A program made the translations under genes and the position numbers. The notes under the pieces were generated by a model. That model ran no database searches. It was not told where the DNA came from and worked only from the letters and a program-made list of their open reading frames with translations. Shown here in pieces: positions 25,401 to 37,358 of a stretch of DNA of 64,000 nt. Location: assembly GCA_024704765.1 (NCBI GenBank), contig JAKMXF010000111.1, positions 124,001 to 188,000 of the forward strand, in the 5' to 3' direction. Each line of letters begins with the position of its first letter. Position 1 is the first letter of the stretch. Origin of the DNA: Oopsacas minuta (Eukaryota > Animalia > Porifera).

Positions 25401-28400
25401 TCTAATGCTTTGATTCTACCTTTAAAATTTTTGAGTCCTACCATTAGCTCATGTTCTTGTCTGTAACAGCTGAGAGAGTTTGTGCAGTCACCTTTGAATA
25501 AGTATGTAGTGCCTAAGGTAAATCAGAAGTAATTGGAAAAATATGATTTTGTCAGGTCTCAACGAGTTCGGATAATCGAAGTTACACTGTAGCTCTAGTA
25601 TATAAGTTTTTCGAGGGATCTCGAGGGTTCAGTCCCAATCAATGCTTTCCCAAGTGAAATAAATTCAAAGTTATCTTGGCGTTTGTATACGATAGTTGAC
25701 TATGCATTTCCAGTACAAAAAAATCATTAAAAAGGTGTGGAACTTAATAGAATTTCCAGTACAGTACATATATTGAAACCACAAAATTCGCGAACTTTAT
25801 GACAATTTGACTGTTAGATTTCGCAGATCGTGCAGACGTGCCGTCAGTGTTTCCGACAGGATCTTTGGATAGCGGTCATTTTTTGGCATGAGTGGGGTCT
25901 ATCGCTTATACACTCATTAAACCCTATGCATATAGTCTAAATTTTAACACAGCTGATATTCTAAGCGCGATAAATGACATGGTTTGGGGGAAACACTGTT
26001 GCCGTACATACCTTACACAACTTCAATACCGCTAGGAGGAATACTGACAAATTTACTATCTAAAATTATGTTCTAATGATTCAATCACAGAAGAATTCCA
26101 CAATCTGTCTTCTATTATTCAATAAAACTTCGTATTATTTCCTGGCGTATAAATACTGAAATAATTTAGAAAATGGCAATGAGTTTTAAATATCACTTTT
26201 AGACTGGAAAATCATTGAATGAAACATTTGTTTTGTCTGCTGTTTGATTGTTTATTTATTAGAATGTGTATGTGATTGCATGTTTCTATGTGTCGGCTTC
26301 ATTACAGTGGAGTTCGCCTAGTAGCAACTTGTATTTTGCACGAATTTCCCTTGCTAATACACGAACTTGACATCAGGCGAACACTACAGTTATTTGTTTG
26401 TTAGTTTCTAAGTTTGTTGTTACCTAGATTTCCAAATACAATAGCTTTTCCTATGTGATCTCCCAGTTCTTCAGCAACCTTCATAGCAGAAGAATAGAAC
26501 TCAATAGACTTATCCAGCTGTCTCATAGCTTGCAGACAATTCCCTATACTACAAATAGTACGTCCTTTAGCAGCTAAATCCTGATGCTCTTTACTCAGGG
26601 TAAGACGTTTCTCGTAGAAATCTATTGCTTTATCGTAATCCTATAGGAAATATAGAGTTAATAGAGTTACTGGTTAATCGGGTCATTTGGCCAGAAAGAG
26701 AACTTTGCAAATATTTACTAAATTACAGCATAACCTGCTTATATGGAAGCTCATTTGTATGGGCTAGGAATCGCTCTATTATTTGACACCGTTTCAGAAG
26801 TTCCCCCTTCCCATAGGCCCAGTTTGTGGAAGTTTTACTGTATTCAGGTCCCGAAGTGACCTTAAGTCTTAAGCAGAGCCTACTGTATTAAAAGAATATT
26901 TTTGAAAAAGTGGAAAAAAATAATGGAAAATTTGTTCAGCACTTCGCTTCGTTTTCAAGCTATATACTTAATTAATTCCACATAATTGGCTCAAAATTTC
27001 TATTGACCCCAAGTTGGAACCCAAGGAAGCAAAGAAAAATTTCTAGACATATCCCTTACCTGTAGTAACATGTGGGTATTTGCAAGATTTGTATAGGCTC
27101 TGGCTACACCGAATTTATCTTTGAGATAGTTCATGTAGTCTAGATTAAGTTCAAAATAGTGAACAGCTGTTTTCAAATAGGTTTTTGCTACTTTACTACT
27201 TGGTAGTGCTGGTAATTCTCCTGAATGGAATAGTAACTTGAAGATCTTGTAAGTAAAAAACCTAAAAAGGAATAGTTGTATAAAATAGTCTATTTATATC
27301 AAATGTTAAGCGATCTATAATTTGGGACGAGTGGATTCAAAAATTAGCGATTTTCGGAGGAAATATATATGCCAGTCATATCGAAATACCCACTTAAATA
27401 GAAGTCTTACATTGTACTAATATAACCCCAAATCAAAAGTAACATAAGTCACAGCGATTTATATAGAACTCCGCTTATATCGCATTTATCATCGTTCCTT
27501 GAGCTTTGATAAAACGGGAGGCGACTGTATTATGTCGACACAATAGAGTTGATTGACAAAAGTCTGTTAATCAAGATTTTCGCTAAATTAAGAGCAAAAA
27601 TTGCGGTACCAGTGTTGCCAGATCATGAACAAGTTCATAGATTTTGCTGTTGCATGAATTTGGAATGAACCATGAACTTTTGAATGTGGACTTTTTGGCA
27701 GTTCGCTACAGTTTAACCTCCACAAAGGGGGCAGTAGAAACGGGGAATTTTGGAACGAAGTGAAAAATACATAGAGCGAAATCCTAGTCCTATCATATGA
27801 ACCTCCACAACGTGGAAACGGATAGCATTTCGGCGTCTCTGGCATCCAGTTTGTGGAAGTTACACTATACTAAGTAATAACCTACCAATAGTTTGAAATA
27901 AATCTCCCAGATTATGATAAGCTTTAGCAATAGATCTCTGATCTCCCATACTCTGTACAGTGTGTAGATATACGAGATAACAGTGACAGGCACGAGTGAA
28001 TTTTCCCTTCTTGAAGTAAGCATTACCGAGATTACATAGTGCTTGTGCCATGCCTAGGAGGTCTGATCTACTGCGACAGAGAGCGAAATCATGTATGTGA
28101 CATTGTGCAGCGAGGTCATGGTTTTCTAAAAGAATAATTAGTGTAAAGTACAAATGATCGTTATTCAGCATAATTACAAGACCGTAGCAAGCAGATTTCA
28201 ATTGGTCAGGTAGACCTACAAAATATATGGATCCACAAAAATTGGCCCAGCCGAAACCTGACCAACCGGATTGTGTCCTAAGGCCATACATTGGGCTACA
28301 AAACAGGACAGTTTTGGTAAAAAGCTGATTTTCGACGGCTATTGCGGAATTCCTGCGAGTTATCTGACTTATAATCAGTAATTCTCATAAGAGTTCTTGA

Positions 28401-29227
28401 GTTGCGACAAGTACTAGGTAGTGACAAAAGATATCATTTTTAAACCGCGAAATAACTCCACACAAAGCCTATGAACTTCCCACGAATTATTCAATACGCA
28501 TTATTGATATTATCCATGGTCAAATTAAGGTTCGGCTATCAAAATAACGTCTGAGTCGTTCAAACGTTACGTACGCAAAATTCCCGAAAAATTGGACGGT
28601 TCCTTATAGTACCTCAAATTAATAATATAAAATAATTCAAATTATGTATACTAGCACAAAGTTGTAGTATGAAACTAGGTGAACTCTCGTTACAAGTGGT
28701 ATTTCCTTGTAAGCAGAGTAAAATCAATTACTTTCAAGTTACAGTGGGTAAATAACCCTTTCATGATAACGGGAGCTTACTGTTATTGAAATTGTTGTAA
28801 CGACTCTTACACGCTTACCTAATGAATAGTGTGCATTTCCAAGTAGCGACCATAACACACTAACCAAATTGAAATCAGCATTTTCTAATAATAAAGACAT
28901 TAGTAAGCCTTGTTCAAGCAAAGGTATAGATTCATCAAATTCTCCATTTCTAATCAAACGTTCTCCCTCGCATGCCAGACCTCTACAATCAGGAGTTTCA
29001 CGGACGCCAAGAGCTTCATCCCCGCAATCAGCTGTTCTCATAACCTTTGAGTTTCTTTGGCTATCATTTTGTTTACTTCTTGAATGTGGTCTGTGGTTGT
29101 TATTATTATTATTTGGTGTGTTTGTGTTGAGGGGAAAAGGTGATGAGTTCATAAGAGGTGGGGTAATCGGTCGTGAAGAATCGTGATAAGCTGTGATAGC
29201 TTGATCCAGTGATGTAGTGTTCATCAT
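22440..29227 (-). CDS. LGN/AGS3 (GPSM/Pins)-like TPR-repeat protein, seven exons, no recognisable GoLoco motif
   Basis: Exons 29227-28819, 28125-27886, about 27263-27060, about 26640-26424, 25512-25225, 23507-23370, 22972-22440. CRGLACEGERL, LWSLLGNAHY, AQALCNLGNAY, ARAYTNLANTHMLL and FYEKRLTLSKE parallel the LGN TPR array. Linkage of the last two exons rests only on phase-compatible splice sites. Confidence 0.75.
23657..23856 (+). pseudogene. Partial duplicate of the first exon of the nested ORF at 24235, with ATG changed to ACG
   Basis: Clear nucleotide similarity to 24226-24420 with an in-frame 12-nt indel and an early stop. Confidence 0.6.
24235..25092 (+). CDS. Small nested antisense gene with a degenerate Maf/CNC-like bZIP region, inside intron 5 of the TPR gene
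   Basis: ORFs 24235-24492 and 24826-25092 with candidate donor AAG AAA|gtatgc and acceptor gttag|G. Second part DATIALLMIDRRWIKYLSERYSRRVRNNEIILNNEMVNLKKEKKALIEVKNELEKSI has a basic-plus-heptad layout. Confidence 0.45.
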
Positions 29228-29510
29228 AAATAGCTATGAAATTGTGATTGAGTCATACACAAGGAATATGAATAGTGCCTTACATAACGACGTACATAAT
29301 GGCCTTGTAGAGAAATGAGAGGGGAATACAGTATTCATAGCTATAAGAACACTCTTGGGAGTAGTAAACATGTTTCTATAACGGATATGTTCTTATATAA
29401 CCAATAACCAGTGTTCTTACAAGCGATACACACTGTTGTCTGAATATATTCGGGCATTTTGCTATATTAGAATTGAATTATAGGTGGTGGAATCTAAGCT
29501 ACCAATAACC

Positions 29511-29600
29511 GAAATTCGGGGGCGGATCTAGGGTGGGTGGGGACCAACGAACAAGCTCTGTCCACCCCTTTGAAAAATCTTTGATCCGCCCCCGAATTTC
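29511..29600. repeat. Short hairpin element with an 18-bp perfect inverted repeat
   Basis: gaaattcgggggcggatc (29511-29528) and gatccgcccccgaatttc (29583-29600). Confidence 0.8.
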
Positions 29601-30332
29601 ACTTCGTGCGTTTCGGCTGGTCATGACTCAGGATACTCAACAGATCTCTCAAAAATCGCGTAAATCGAGGAGTATCCTACTAATATGCGGTTAGGCCAAA
29701 GATTTCTACACGAATAGATTTAAATTCGTTTCTAAACTTCGACAAATAATATTCAAATTTTGGAATTCAGCTAAATCTTCCTAAATACTGTCTCATGAAG
29801 AATTTTGCTGAATCAAAATGATCATTACATGATGTGCATAGAACCTAAAGCCTACTAAAGTAACACTTAATAAGAAGTAATTACCTTTACAAAGAGATTC
29901 TAATCTACATCTAACACACAGACATAGAGCTAGTTATATTGTCTAAGATATTGAAGTTCATTGAATATAACTATGAACTGTAGATTAATGTGGTTTGCTT
30001 GTAATGTATGTGGTAGAAAGTATGGATTTATATGTAATCATTATTACAAGATAGAATTATAGATTAATATATTATTCCATGGTTGCCACATGCTGTTTCA
30101 CCAGCCTCTAAAATTCTAAATGTTTACGCCAATTTGCTGCTGTTTTAGCAGCCCAGATTTACCCCGCTAAAATATTCTTGTATGTAACCATAGATATATT
30201 GGCTACAGTGAAACCTACACAAACATGTGGATAATATAATGGTTCAATAAATGTAAGATCTATCAATCCTAAACATGAGTGAGTCAAATTCAACTGAATT
30301 ACAATTACACACAACTAGCAACATAAATGTAG

Positions 30333-31256
30333 TTAGAAATACGTGATGTACTTTTTGATAAAATCCTTTCCAATGTTTGAAAGGAAAATTTCATCAATCT
30401 TTTCTGATTGTTCTTTGGACAGTGAGCTCTTCCAGGTACCTACTTTACCCTTAGGGAAAAATGAGGTACCTTCCTTCATAAATGCTTTGCCCTTGATGAA
30501 TTCATTTTCACGCATGGTCTCAAAGTTCGTTTCTTTCGCAATCAGCTGATAAAGTTCTTCTGTTAATTCTATACCGAGAAAACTGGCAATTTCGTCTACT
30601 TTCATTTTGAAATTTTTGTGCAAATCTTCATATGACAATATGAAGAAATTTGGATCATCCTTGTGCTCGAAGTAACCTTTTATATGTTCACAATGGTTGA
30701 AGCAATTATTCTCTACGTAGAATTGAAAAAATTCGTCGAAAGTACCAATATCTGAGTGGAATACGTCATTAGAAAGATGGTTATACATTGAAACAACAAC
30801 GTCTTTTGGATTTCTGTAAATATACAGGTACTTTGTAGCAGGATTTTTGGGTAGAAATTTATATGGAAAATGGGTGTAGAAGAGCCTCGGATCGGGCAGA
30901 GCAGATATCATAGCTTTAGGAATTCGTAATTTCTTCAACTGTTCGCCCTTACTAAGGCTACCTTCCGTTTCAACTAACTGCAATTCATCTACTTGAGGAA
31001 TATCAAAAAATGTGGCATTCTCGCCAGCTAACGGTTTGGATAATTTCTCCTTACAGACTAGCAGATATTCTATATGTGAAAGCCAATGTGTACCAGATTT
31101 CGGGAAGGATGTGACAAACAAATCTGTATCTCTGGGTTTGAAAATGGACGATGCTTGTTCGAGCCATTCTTCAGTCAAAAATGGAGGGAATAAGAAACCT
31201 TTACAAAGGTTCGGTCTGATTATAGTAGGCTTTTTGGATGCCTGAAATTCTGCCAT
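30333..31256 (-). CDS. Cytosolic-type sulfotransferase, copy 1 (intronless)
   Basis: 5'-PSB TSFPKSGTHW, catalytic YTH, 3'-PB YRNPKDVVVS, C-terminal KGKVGTWK. Confidence 0.92.
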   Translation of the reverse strand: MAEFQASKKPTIIRPNLCKGFLFPPFLTEEWLEQASSIFKPRDTDLFVTSFPKSGTHWLSHIEYLLVCKEKLSKPLAGENATFFDIPQVDELQLVETEGSLSKGEQLKKLRIPKAMISALPDPRLFYTHFPYKFLPKNPATKYLYIYRNPKDVVVSMYNHLSNDVFHSDIGTFDEFFQFYVENNCFNHCEHIKGYFEHKDDPNFFILSYEDLHKNFKMKVDEIASFLGIELTEELYQLIAKETNFETMRENEFIKGKAFMKEGTSFFPKGKVGTWKSSLSKEQSEKIDEIFLSNIGKDFIKKYITYF

Positions 31257-32190
31257 TTTTCTTAAGAATTATAGTCAAATATTATATTTAAGATATAATT
31301 CTCGAAGTTCGTAATAAAATCTATCCAAAATATTTGAGCCTACTCAAAACAATTACAAAAAGATTTGGTTTCTAGTTTCTGTTATACTAATATGAGTTTA
31401 GTAGATGAATGTCTTGATATTGTTAATATTGCCTCACAGGCTGTAATCCAATAGCTACTAACCAGGACTTTGAAGTTCCTAATGTAACTTCATTAATATG
31501 AACGGTATTGAACCATAGATCACTGCAGCAGTGCTCAACATTTTACCCAAGGCCCCCTATTACAATTAATTAGAACATCCTGTGGACACCCTCCCATAGA
31601 CTGTAATACAAATCCTGCGGATCGCCTGCTGTCGTCCGTGGATCACCAAGAAGTACATAAACAGAAAATTTGTTGCAAGTTAGTCAATCATAATTTTGTC
31701 TACCTAGCGTTTGTCATATAACATTGTGTCCATGTATTATTCTATCGTGTTATTCGTGTATATTATTCGGATATCAAAACTCTTTCATAATTACTTTTAA
31801 CATACATTTCTACGTATTTGATACATTATAATCAAATAACCTATACATAGCTCAACTATACGATAGTAAAGTTTTTGTGTATTAGCTTTTCTATGTTCGA
31901 GGAAAGGTCATTTGTTAGGCTTAATGAAAGTCACCTTTTTGGAATGAGGGTATGGTGTTTTTGTATTACAAAAGAACCGTACTATACTATAGTTGAGCTA
32001 TATACGTATAAGGAATCTGTATTATCATTATGTTTCGCGTGATTGATCTTCAAATTCTTTGCGTTTTAACAAGCGTAAATGAAATATTATGCATATTGCA
32101 ATACTATGTCTTCAATATATATATACTAATTTTGCAATCGTCATAAATACAATCTGTTTATTGACACTATTACTATTTACCTAAAATTAA

Positions 32191-33081
32191 ATGGCCGAAA
32201 TCCAGAAAGACACGGTGAACATTTGTAAAGGTTACTTCTTACCCCCATTTGTGACTGAAGAATGGCTCGAACAAGCATCGTCCGCATTCAACCCACGAGA
32301 AACCGATCTGTTCGTCATATCCTACCCGAAATCCGGCACACATTGGCTTTCACATATTGTCTATCTGCTTGTAAGTAAGGAAATATTATCTAAGCACTAT
32401 CTCGGTGAAATTGCCACAGTTTTGGATATTCCTCTAGGAGACGAGGTGCAGTTAGATGTGAGGAAAGTCGGTCAGCTCTCGAAATTGCGTTCTACTGAAG
32501 CTCTCGTATCTTCTATGCCTGATCCAAGGTTATTCTTCACTCATTTTCCATATGAATTTCTACCCAAAAATCCTATCGCAAAGTATATTTACATATACAG
32601 AAACCCTAAAGATGCAATCATTTCGATGCATTCCTATCTTCAAAACAATCTACATTATGAAGGGATTGGTAGTTTTGATGAGTTTTTTCAATTCTACATA
32701 GAGAATAATTGCTTTAACTATTGTGAACATATAAAGAGTTACATCGAGCACAAGGATGATCCAAATTTCTTCATATTGTCTTATGAAGATTTGCACAAGA
32801 ATTTCAAAATGAAGGTTACTGAGATTTCCAATTTCTTCGATATAGAATTGACAGAAGAGCTATATGAGCTGATTGTGAAAGAAACGAACTTTGAGACCAT
32901 GCGTGAGAATATTTTCATCAATAATAAATCTACGATGAAAGAGGGAACAACATTCTACCTTAAGGGTAAAGTAGGGAGATGGAAGAGCTCATTGTCCCAA
33001 GGGCAATCAGAAAAGATTGATGAAATTCTTCTGTCGAAGTTAGGAGAGGAATTCATCAAACAGTACATCATTTATTACTGA
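32191..33081 (+). CDS. Cytosolic-type sulfotransferase, copy 2
   Basis: SYPKSGTHW, FTH, YRNPKDAIIS, KGKVGRWK. Confidence 0.92.
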   Translation: MAEIQKDTVNICKGYFLPPFVTEEWLEQASSAFNPRETDLFVISYPKSGTHWLSHIVYLLVSKEILSKHYLGEIATVLDIPLGDEVQLDVRKVGQLSKLRSTEALVSSMPDPRLFFTHFPYEFLPKNPIAKYIYIYRNPKDAIISMHSYLQNNLHYEGIGSFDEFFQFYIENNCFNYCEHIKSYIEHKDDPNFFILSYEDLHKNFKMKVTEISNFFDIELTEELYELIVKETNFETMRENIFINNKSTMKEGTTFYLKGKVGRWKSSLSQGQSEKIDEILLSKLGEEFIKQYIIYY

Positions 33082-33341
33082 AAGTTCAAGGAAAACGTTG
33101 ATGCTTTGCATTTATTGCTATATTATCATATTTTGTAGACTTTTGATAGTGCATGCATAGATATACGTAGGATTACCCTTATCTACGCTCATGTTCTTTA
33201 TCATATACGCCATCACAATGTTATTAAAATATCTGGTTTCAGTGATTTGAATACTGCTATAGTAGCCGGCCCAGTACAAATACATGTTCATACTATTCTA
33301 ATGATTACACTGTAGTTAGAAACAAATATAATTTTAAAGTT

Positions 33342-34283
33342 ATGGCTGAAGTTCAAGCAAGTAAAAGTATGGCTGAAACTGAGGGAACTAATAAATACGG
33401 CGTAAACCTTTGTAAAGGCTACTTATTTCCCCAATTTTTAACTGAAGAATGGCTCGAACAAGCATCGTCCGCTTTCAACCCACGAGGAACCGATCTGTTC
33501 GTCATATCCTACCCGAAATCTGGTACAAATTGGCTTTCACATATCGTATATTTGCTTGTAAGTAAAGAGAAACTATCAAAGCCTTATCATAGCGAAACTG
33601 CCACAATTTTTGAAATTCCTCAAGTAGACGAATTGCAGTCAGATTCAACGACGGTAACATTTACTGAGAATAAGCAAATGTCGAAATTTAGATTGACAAA
33701 AGCTCTCGTATCTGCTATACCTGACCCAAGGTTCTTCTTCACTCATTTTCCTTATAATTTTCTACCCAAAAATCCTGCAACAAAGTACTTCTACATTCAC
33801 AGAAATCCAAAAGACATTTTTGTTTCGATGTATAACCATTTTTCGAATGACACACTTCACCCAGAAATTCCTAGTTTTGATGAATTTTTTCAATTCTACG
33901 TAGAGAATAATTGCTTCAACTATTGTGAACATATAAAGAGTTACATCGAGCACAAGGATGATCCAAATTTCTTCATATTGTCTTATGAAGATTTGCACAA
34001 GAATTTCAAAATGAAATTAGGCGAGATGGCAACATTTCTCGGTATAGAATTGACAGAAGAACTTTATCAGCTGATTACGAAAGAAACTAACATTGAGGCA
34101 ATGCGTGAAAATGAATTCATTAATGGCAAAGCATTAATGAAGGAAGGTCACTCATTTTTCCCTAAGGGTAAAGTAGGTACCTGGAAGAGCTCATTGTCCA
34201 AAGAACAATCAGAAAAGATTGATGAAATTCTCCTGTCAAAGTTAGGAGAGGATTTTATCAAAAAGTACATCACGTTTTGTTGA
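33342..34283 (+). CDS. Cytosolic-type sulfotransferase, copy 3
   Basis: SYPKSGTNW, FTH, HRNPKDIFVS, KGKVGTWK. Confidence 0.92.
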   Translation: MAEVQASKSMAETEGTNKYGVNLCKGYLFPQFLTEEWLEQASSAFNPRGTDLFVISYPKSGTNWLSHIVYLLVSKEKLSKPYHSETATIFEIPQVDELQSDSTTVTFTENKQMSKFRLTKALVSAIPDPRFFFTHFPYNFLPKNPATKYFYIHRNPKDIFVSMYNHFSNDTLHPEIPSFDEFFQFYVENNCFNYCEHIKSYIEHKDDPNFFILSYEDLHKNFKMKLGEMATFLGIELTEELYQLITKETNIEAMRENEFINGKALMKEGHSFFPKGKVGTWKSSLSKEQSEKIDEILLSKLGEDFIKKYITFC

Positions 34284-34696
34284 AGCGGTGGAAGACTTGA
34301 ATAATTTGGTTTTAGTTTCTTTCTTGAAAATTATTTGTAGATGTTGATAGTATGAGTTTAGATTCTGTAGTAGGCATCATGAAGTGTAATTAGGAATAAC
34401 AAAAATGTAATCAGTAACAACTCCAAAACTCTCAGATTTCTAGGAATTTGCAGTTCAATCAAGCTTATCTTTACTTTTGTTATGAATCTTATCTCATAAT
34501 TGTTCAGTTTTTCCATAGCAACAATTTTTATACAGCAACTCATAAGTGTTACAAATGTTACACAACACACAGAAGGGGGACTAATTTCGGTTTAACGACT
34601 CCTTTAGGCATTGCTCTATATCAAAGCTTTTCTAATAGAAAATATGTTCAACATGTTCAATTCAATTCCACACTCAAATTAGAATATTATACAAAC

Positions 34697-35407
34697 TCAA
34701 ATTAGAATATTATACAAACTCAAATTAGCAAAGATACACAATAACATTAAAACTATATACCACACACTCAATGCCATGAAACTTCCGCTTCCAGATGTTT
34801 TTGAACATAATCCATCCACGCAATAATCGTAACCATCTTCACATTTAGAACAAAGATCACCTACTTCATATGGTGGTGTATAATAAATGTTACCCCCTGG
34901 CGCGTAATTACAAATATAATACGTGCCTGAATCTCCATTACAATATGCACTTGCGTCATATTTCGCGCATCCAACTAGATTAGTTGTTGCCCATACAATC
35001 TGTGTATAATGCCCGCATACATAAGAACAGGATAGTGAGTTTATATCGTAATATTGAAATTCTTCATACCATGCTTCTACTGGTACAGAATTATTCGAAA
35101 TATATTCCGAATACCAAAATAAATTCTCACCAATGTAATTTTCTGACCCTTCACATTCCAATGTTCGTGCTTGTGAATCTCGGTTTTGATTGTGCCTAAA
35201 ACCTGGACATGTACTTAGATAATTGTAGGCTAAATCTTCCAAGCAGTTGCTCCATCTCATTAATTGCATATTTGCAGCTGCAGGCTGTGCCCATCTTCTA
35301 TAATTATTGTGCAAATCCAGAATTTCTGCTACTTCCTCACTATTGAACTTGGTAGCAATTGATGGAAAGATCAATACTAAAATCATTATTATTATTTTCA
35401 TCTTCAT
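34697..35407 (-). CDS. CAP/SCP-domain protein 1 (GLIPR1/PI16-like), signal peptide, probable GPI anchor, canonical motifs
   Basis: Signal MKMKIIIMILVLIFPSIA, LHNNYRR, IGENL, WYEE, CGHYTQIVWATTNLVGCA, YICNYAPGGN, Cys-rich hinge and hydrophobic C-terminus. Confidence 0.9.
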   Translation of the reverse strand: MKMKIIIMILVLIFPSIATKFNSEEVAEILDLHNNYRRWAQPAAANMQLMRWSNCLEDLAYNYLSTCPGFRHNQNRDSQARTLECEGSENYIGENLFWYSEYISNNSVPVEAWYEEFQYYDINSLSCSYVCGHYTQIVWATTNLVGCAKYDASAYCNGDSGTYYICNYAPGGNIYYTPPYEVGDLCSKCEDGYDYCVDGLCSKTSGSGSFMALSVWYIVLMLLCIFANLSLYNILI

Positions 35408-35947
35408 ATTACAATATATTCCGAAAGATAAATCGCTGTTTAATATAATAGCTCAGGGAAGAAAACGAAGAAAACGTGAGGATATATATAGAGATGTCTT
35501 AGAGATAGATCATGTCGACATTTATCATTGTTGGACCCTTTGTTTGTGGAAACCATTCTACAACTAGTTCTAAGAGAGCCTCAAATTCACATCTAAAGTT
35601 CAATCAATGCCATTTTAGAACATAAAGTGAAACCATTTTCTTTACTTCCACTATATCTCACCCCATGAATATTGAAATACCAGAATCAGCAACAATATAG
35701 AAAATTGCTATACAACTTGCTTGAATAAGTGAGTTAATACTCATTGAACAATTACAAGAAGCTAATAACCACCTGAATCAATCCACGATCTTAATGTTTA
35801 CTCCACGAGGTTGTTAAAATATCTGATTTCTGTCTAAAAATAAATTATATCTTCGAGTAGGCAATAGGCACATTAGTAAGTATTTTATAAATACACTGGA
35901 TGATTAGATAAGTTGAAAACTTCAAAATCGAATTGGTCCTGAAAGCT

Positions 35948-36889
35948 ATGGCTGAAATTAATGTAGCTAAACCTATCGTCGAAACTCAGGTCACTGAAAA
36001 ATATCCCATGAATGTTTGTAAAGGCTATATATTCCCCCCATTTTTGACTGAAGAATGGCTCGAACAAGCATCGTCCGTTTTCAAACCCAGAGATACCGAT
36101 TTGTTTCTCATATCCTTCCCGAAATCTGGTACACATTGGCTTTCACATATTGTCTATCTACTTGTAAGCAAGGAAAAACTATCAGGACCTTTGCATGGTA
36201 AAAGTGCCACGATGTTTGAAATTCCTCATGTAGACGAATTGCAGTTAGACACTATGACGGGTACATTTTCTCCAGATAGTAGTGTGGCGAAATTACGTTT
36301 GACAAAAGCTCTCGTTTCTGCTATCCCTGATCCAAGGATATTTTTCACTCATTTTCCATATGAATTTCTACCAAAGAATCCAGCTACAAAGCACGTTTAC
36401 ATTTACAGAAATCCAAAAGACATTGCCGTTTCAATTTATAACCATTTTTCAAACTCTAAATTCTTTACCCATATTGGTACTTTTGATGAGTTTTTTCAGT
36501 TGTACATAGAGAATAATTGCTTCAACTATTGTGAACATATAAAAGGTTACTTCGAGCACAAGGATGATCCAAATTTCTTCATATTGTCTTATGAAGATTT
36601 GAACAAGAATTTTAAAATGAAATTAGGCGAGATGGCAACATTTCTCGGTATAGAATTAACAGAAGAACTTTATCAGCTGATTACGAAAGAAACTAACATT
36701 GAGGCAATGCGTGAAAATGAATTCATTAATGGCAAAGAATTAATGAAGGAAGGTCACTCACTTTTCCCTAAGGGTAAAGTAGGTACCTGGAAGAGCTCAC
36801 TGTCCAAAGAACAATCAGAAAAGATTGATGAAATTCTCCTGTCAAAGTTAGGAGAGGATTTTATCAAAAAGTACATCACGTATTTCTGA
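35948..36889 (+). CDS. Cytosolic-type sulfotransferase, copy 4
   Basis: SFPKSGTHW, FTH, YRNPKDIAVS, KGKVGTWK. First ATG at 35948. Confidence 0.92.
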   Translation: MAEINVAKPIVETQVTEKYPMNVCKGYIFPPFLTEEWLEQASSVFKPRDTDLFLISFPKSGTHWLSHIVYLLVSKEKLSGPLHGKSATMFEIPHVDELQLDTMTGTFSPDSSVAKLRLTKALVSAIPDPRIFFTHFPYEFLPKNPATKHVYIYRNPKDIAVSIYNHFSNSKFFTHIGTFDEFFQLYIENNCFNYCEHIKGYFEHKDDPNFFILSYEDLNKNFKMKLGEMATFLGIELTEELYQLITKETNIEAMRENEFINGKELMKEGHSLFPKGKVGTWKSSLSKEQSEKIDEILLSKLGEDFIKKYITYF

Positions 36890-37358
36890 ATACAAAAGAA
36901 CACTTTTGAGTCTAGTAGCTGGTAGCTTATTGTGTTTGTAAATTCTTAGGGAGCCGATTAGTTTTCTATCTATTTCTATCACATTTCCCACAGGATTTCT
37001 GTGGGTATCCCATAGATTGGGCCGTCAGGGTCTATAATTTTGGGTGTGGGGAAATCTTGCCTGAAAATGCGTTATTCAATTCTCAGCACATTATGAAGAT
37101 ATTCTTAATATTCCAAGTTAAATGCGTGTAACACGCAATTTCTCACAATTCAATTATTTTCTTGTATAATTGTCTTATAATTTGATGGGTCTACTGATAA
37201 TTTTGGGAGGCAGGCACCCCAGGCCCCCGAGACTAAGCGTACTCTGAAAAAAAATGAAGGAAATTTCTTGGCCACACTAGAGATGTATTATTATATGTAA
37301 CCCTCAATATGAAATTGCAAGTCAATATTATAACAAACAGCAAATGTAAAATTTGTAT

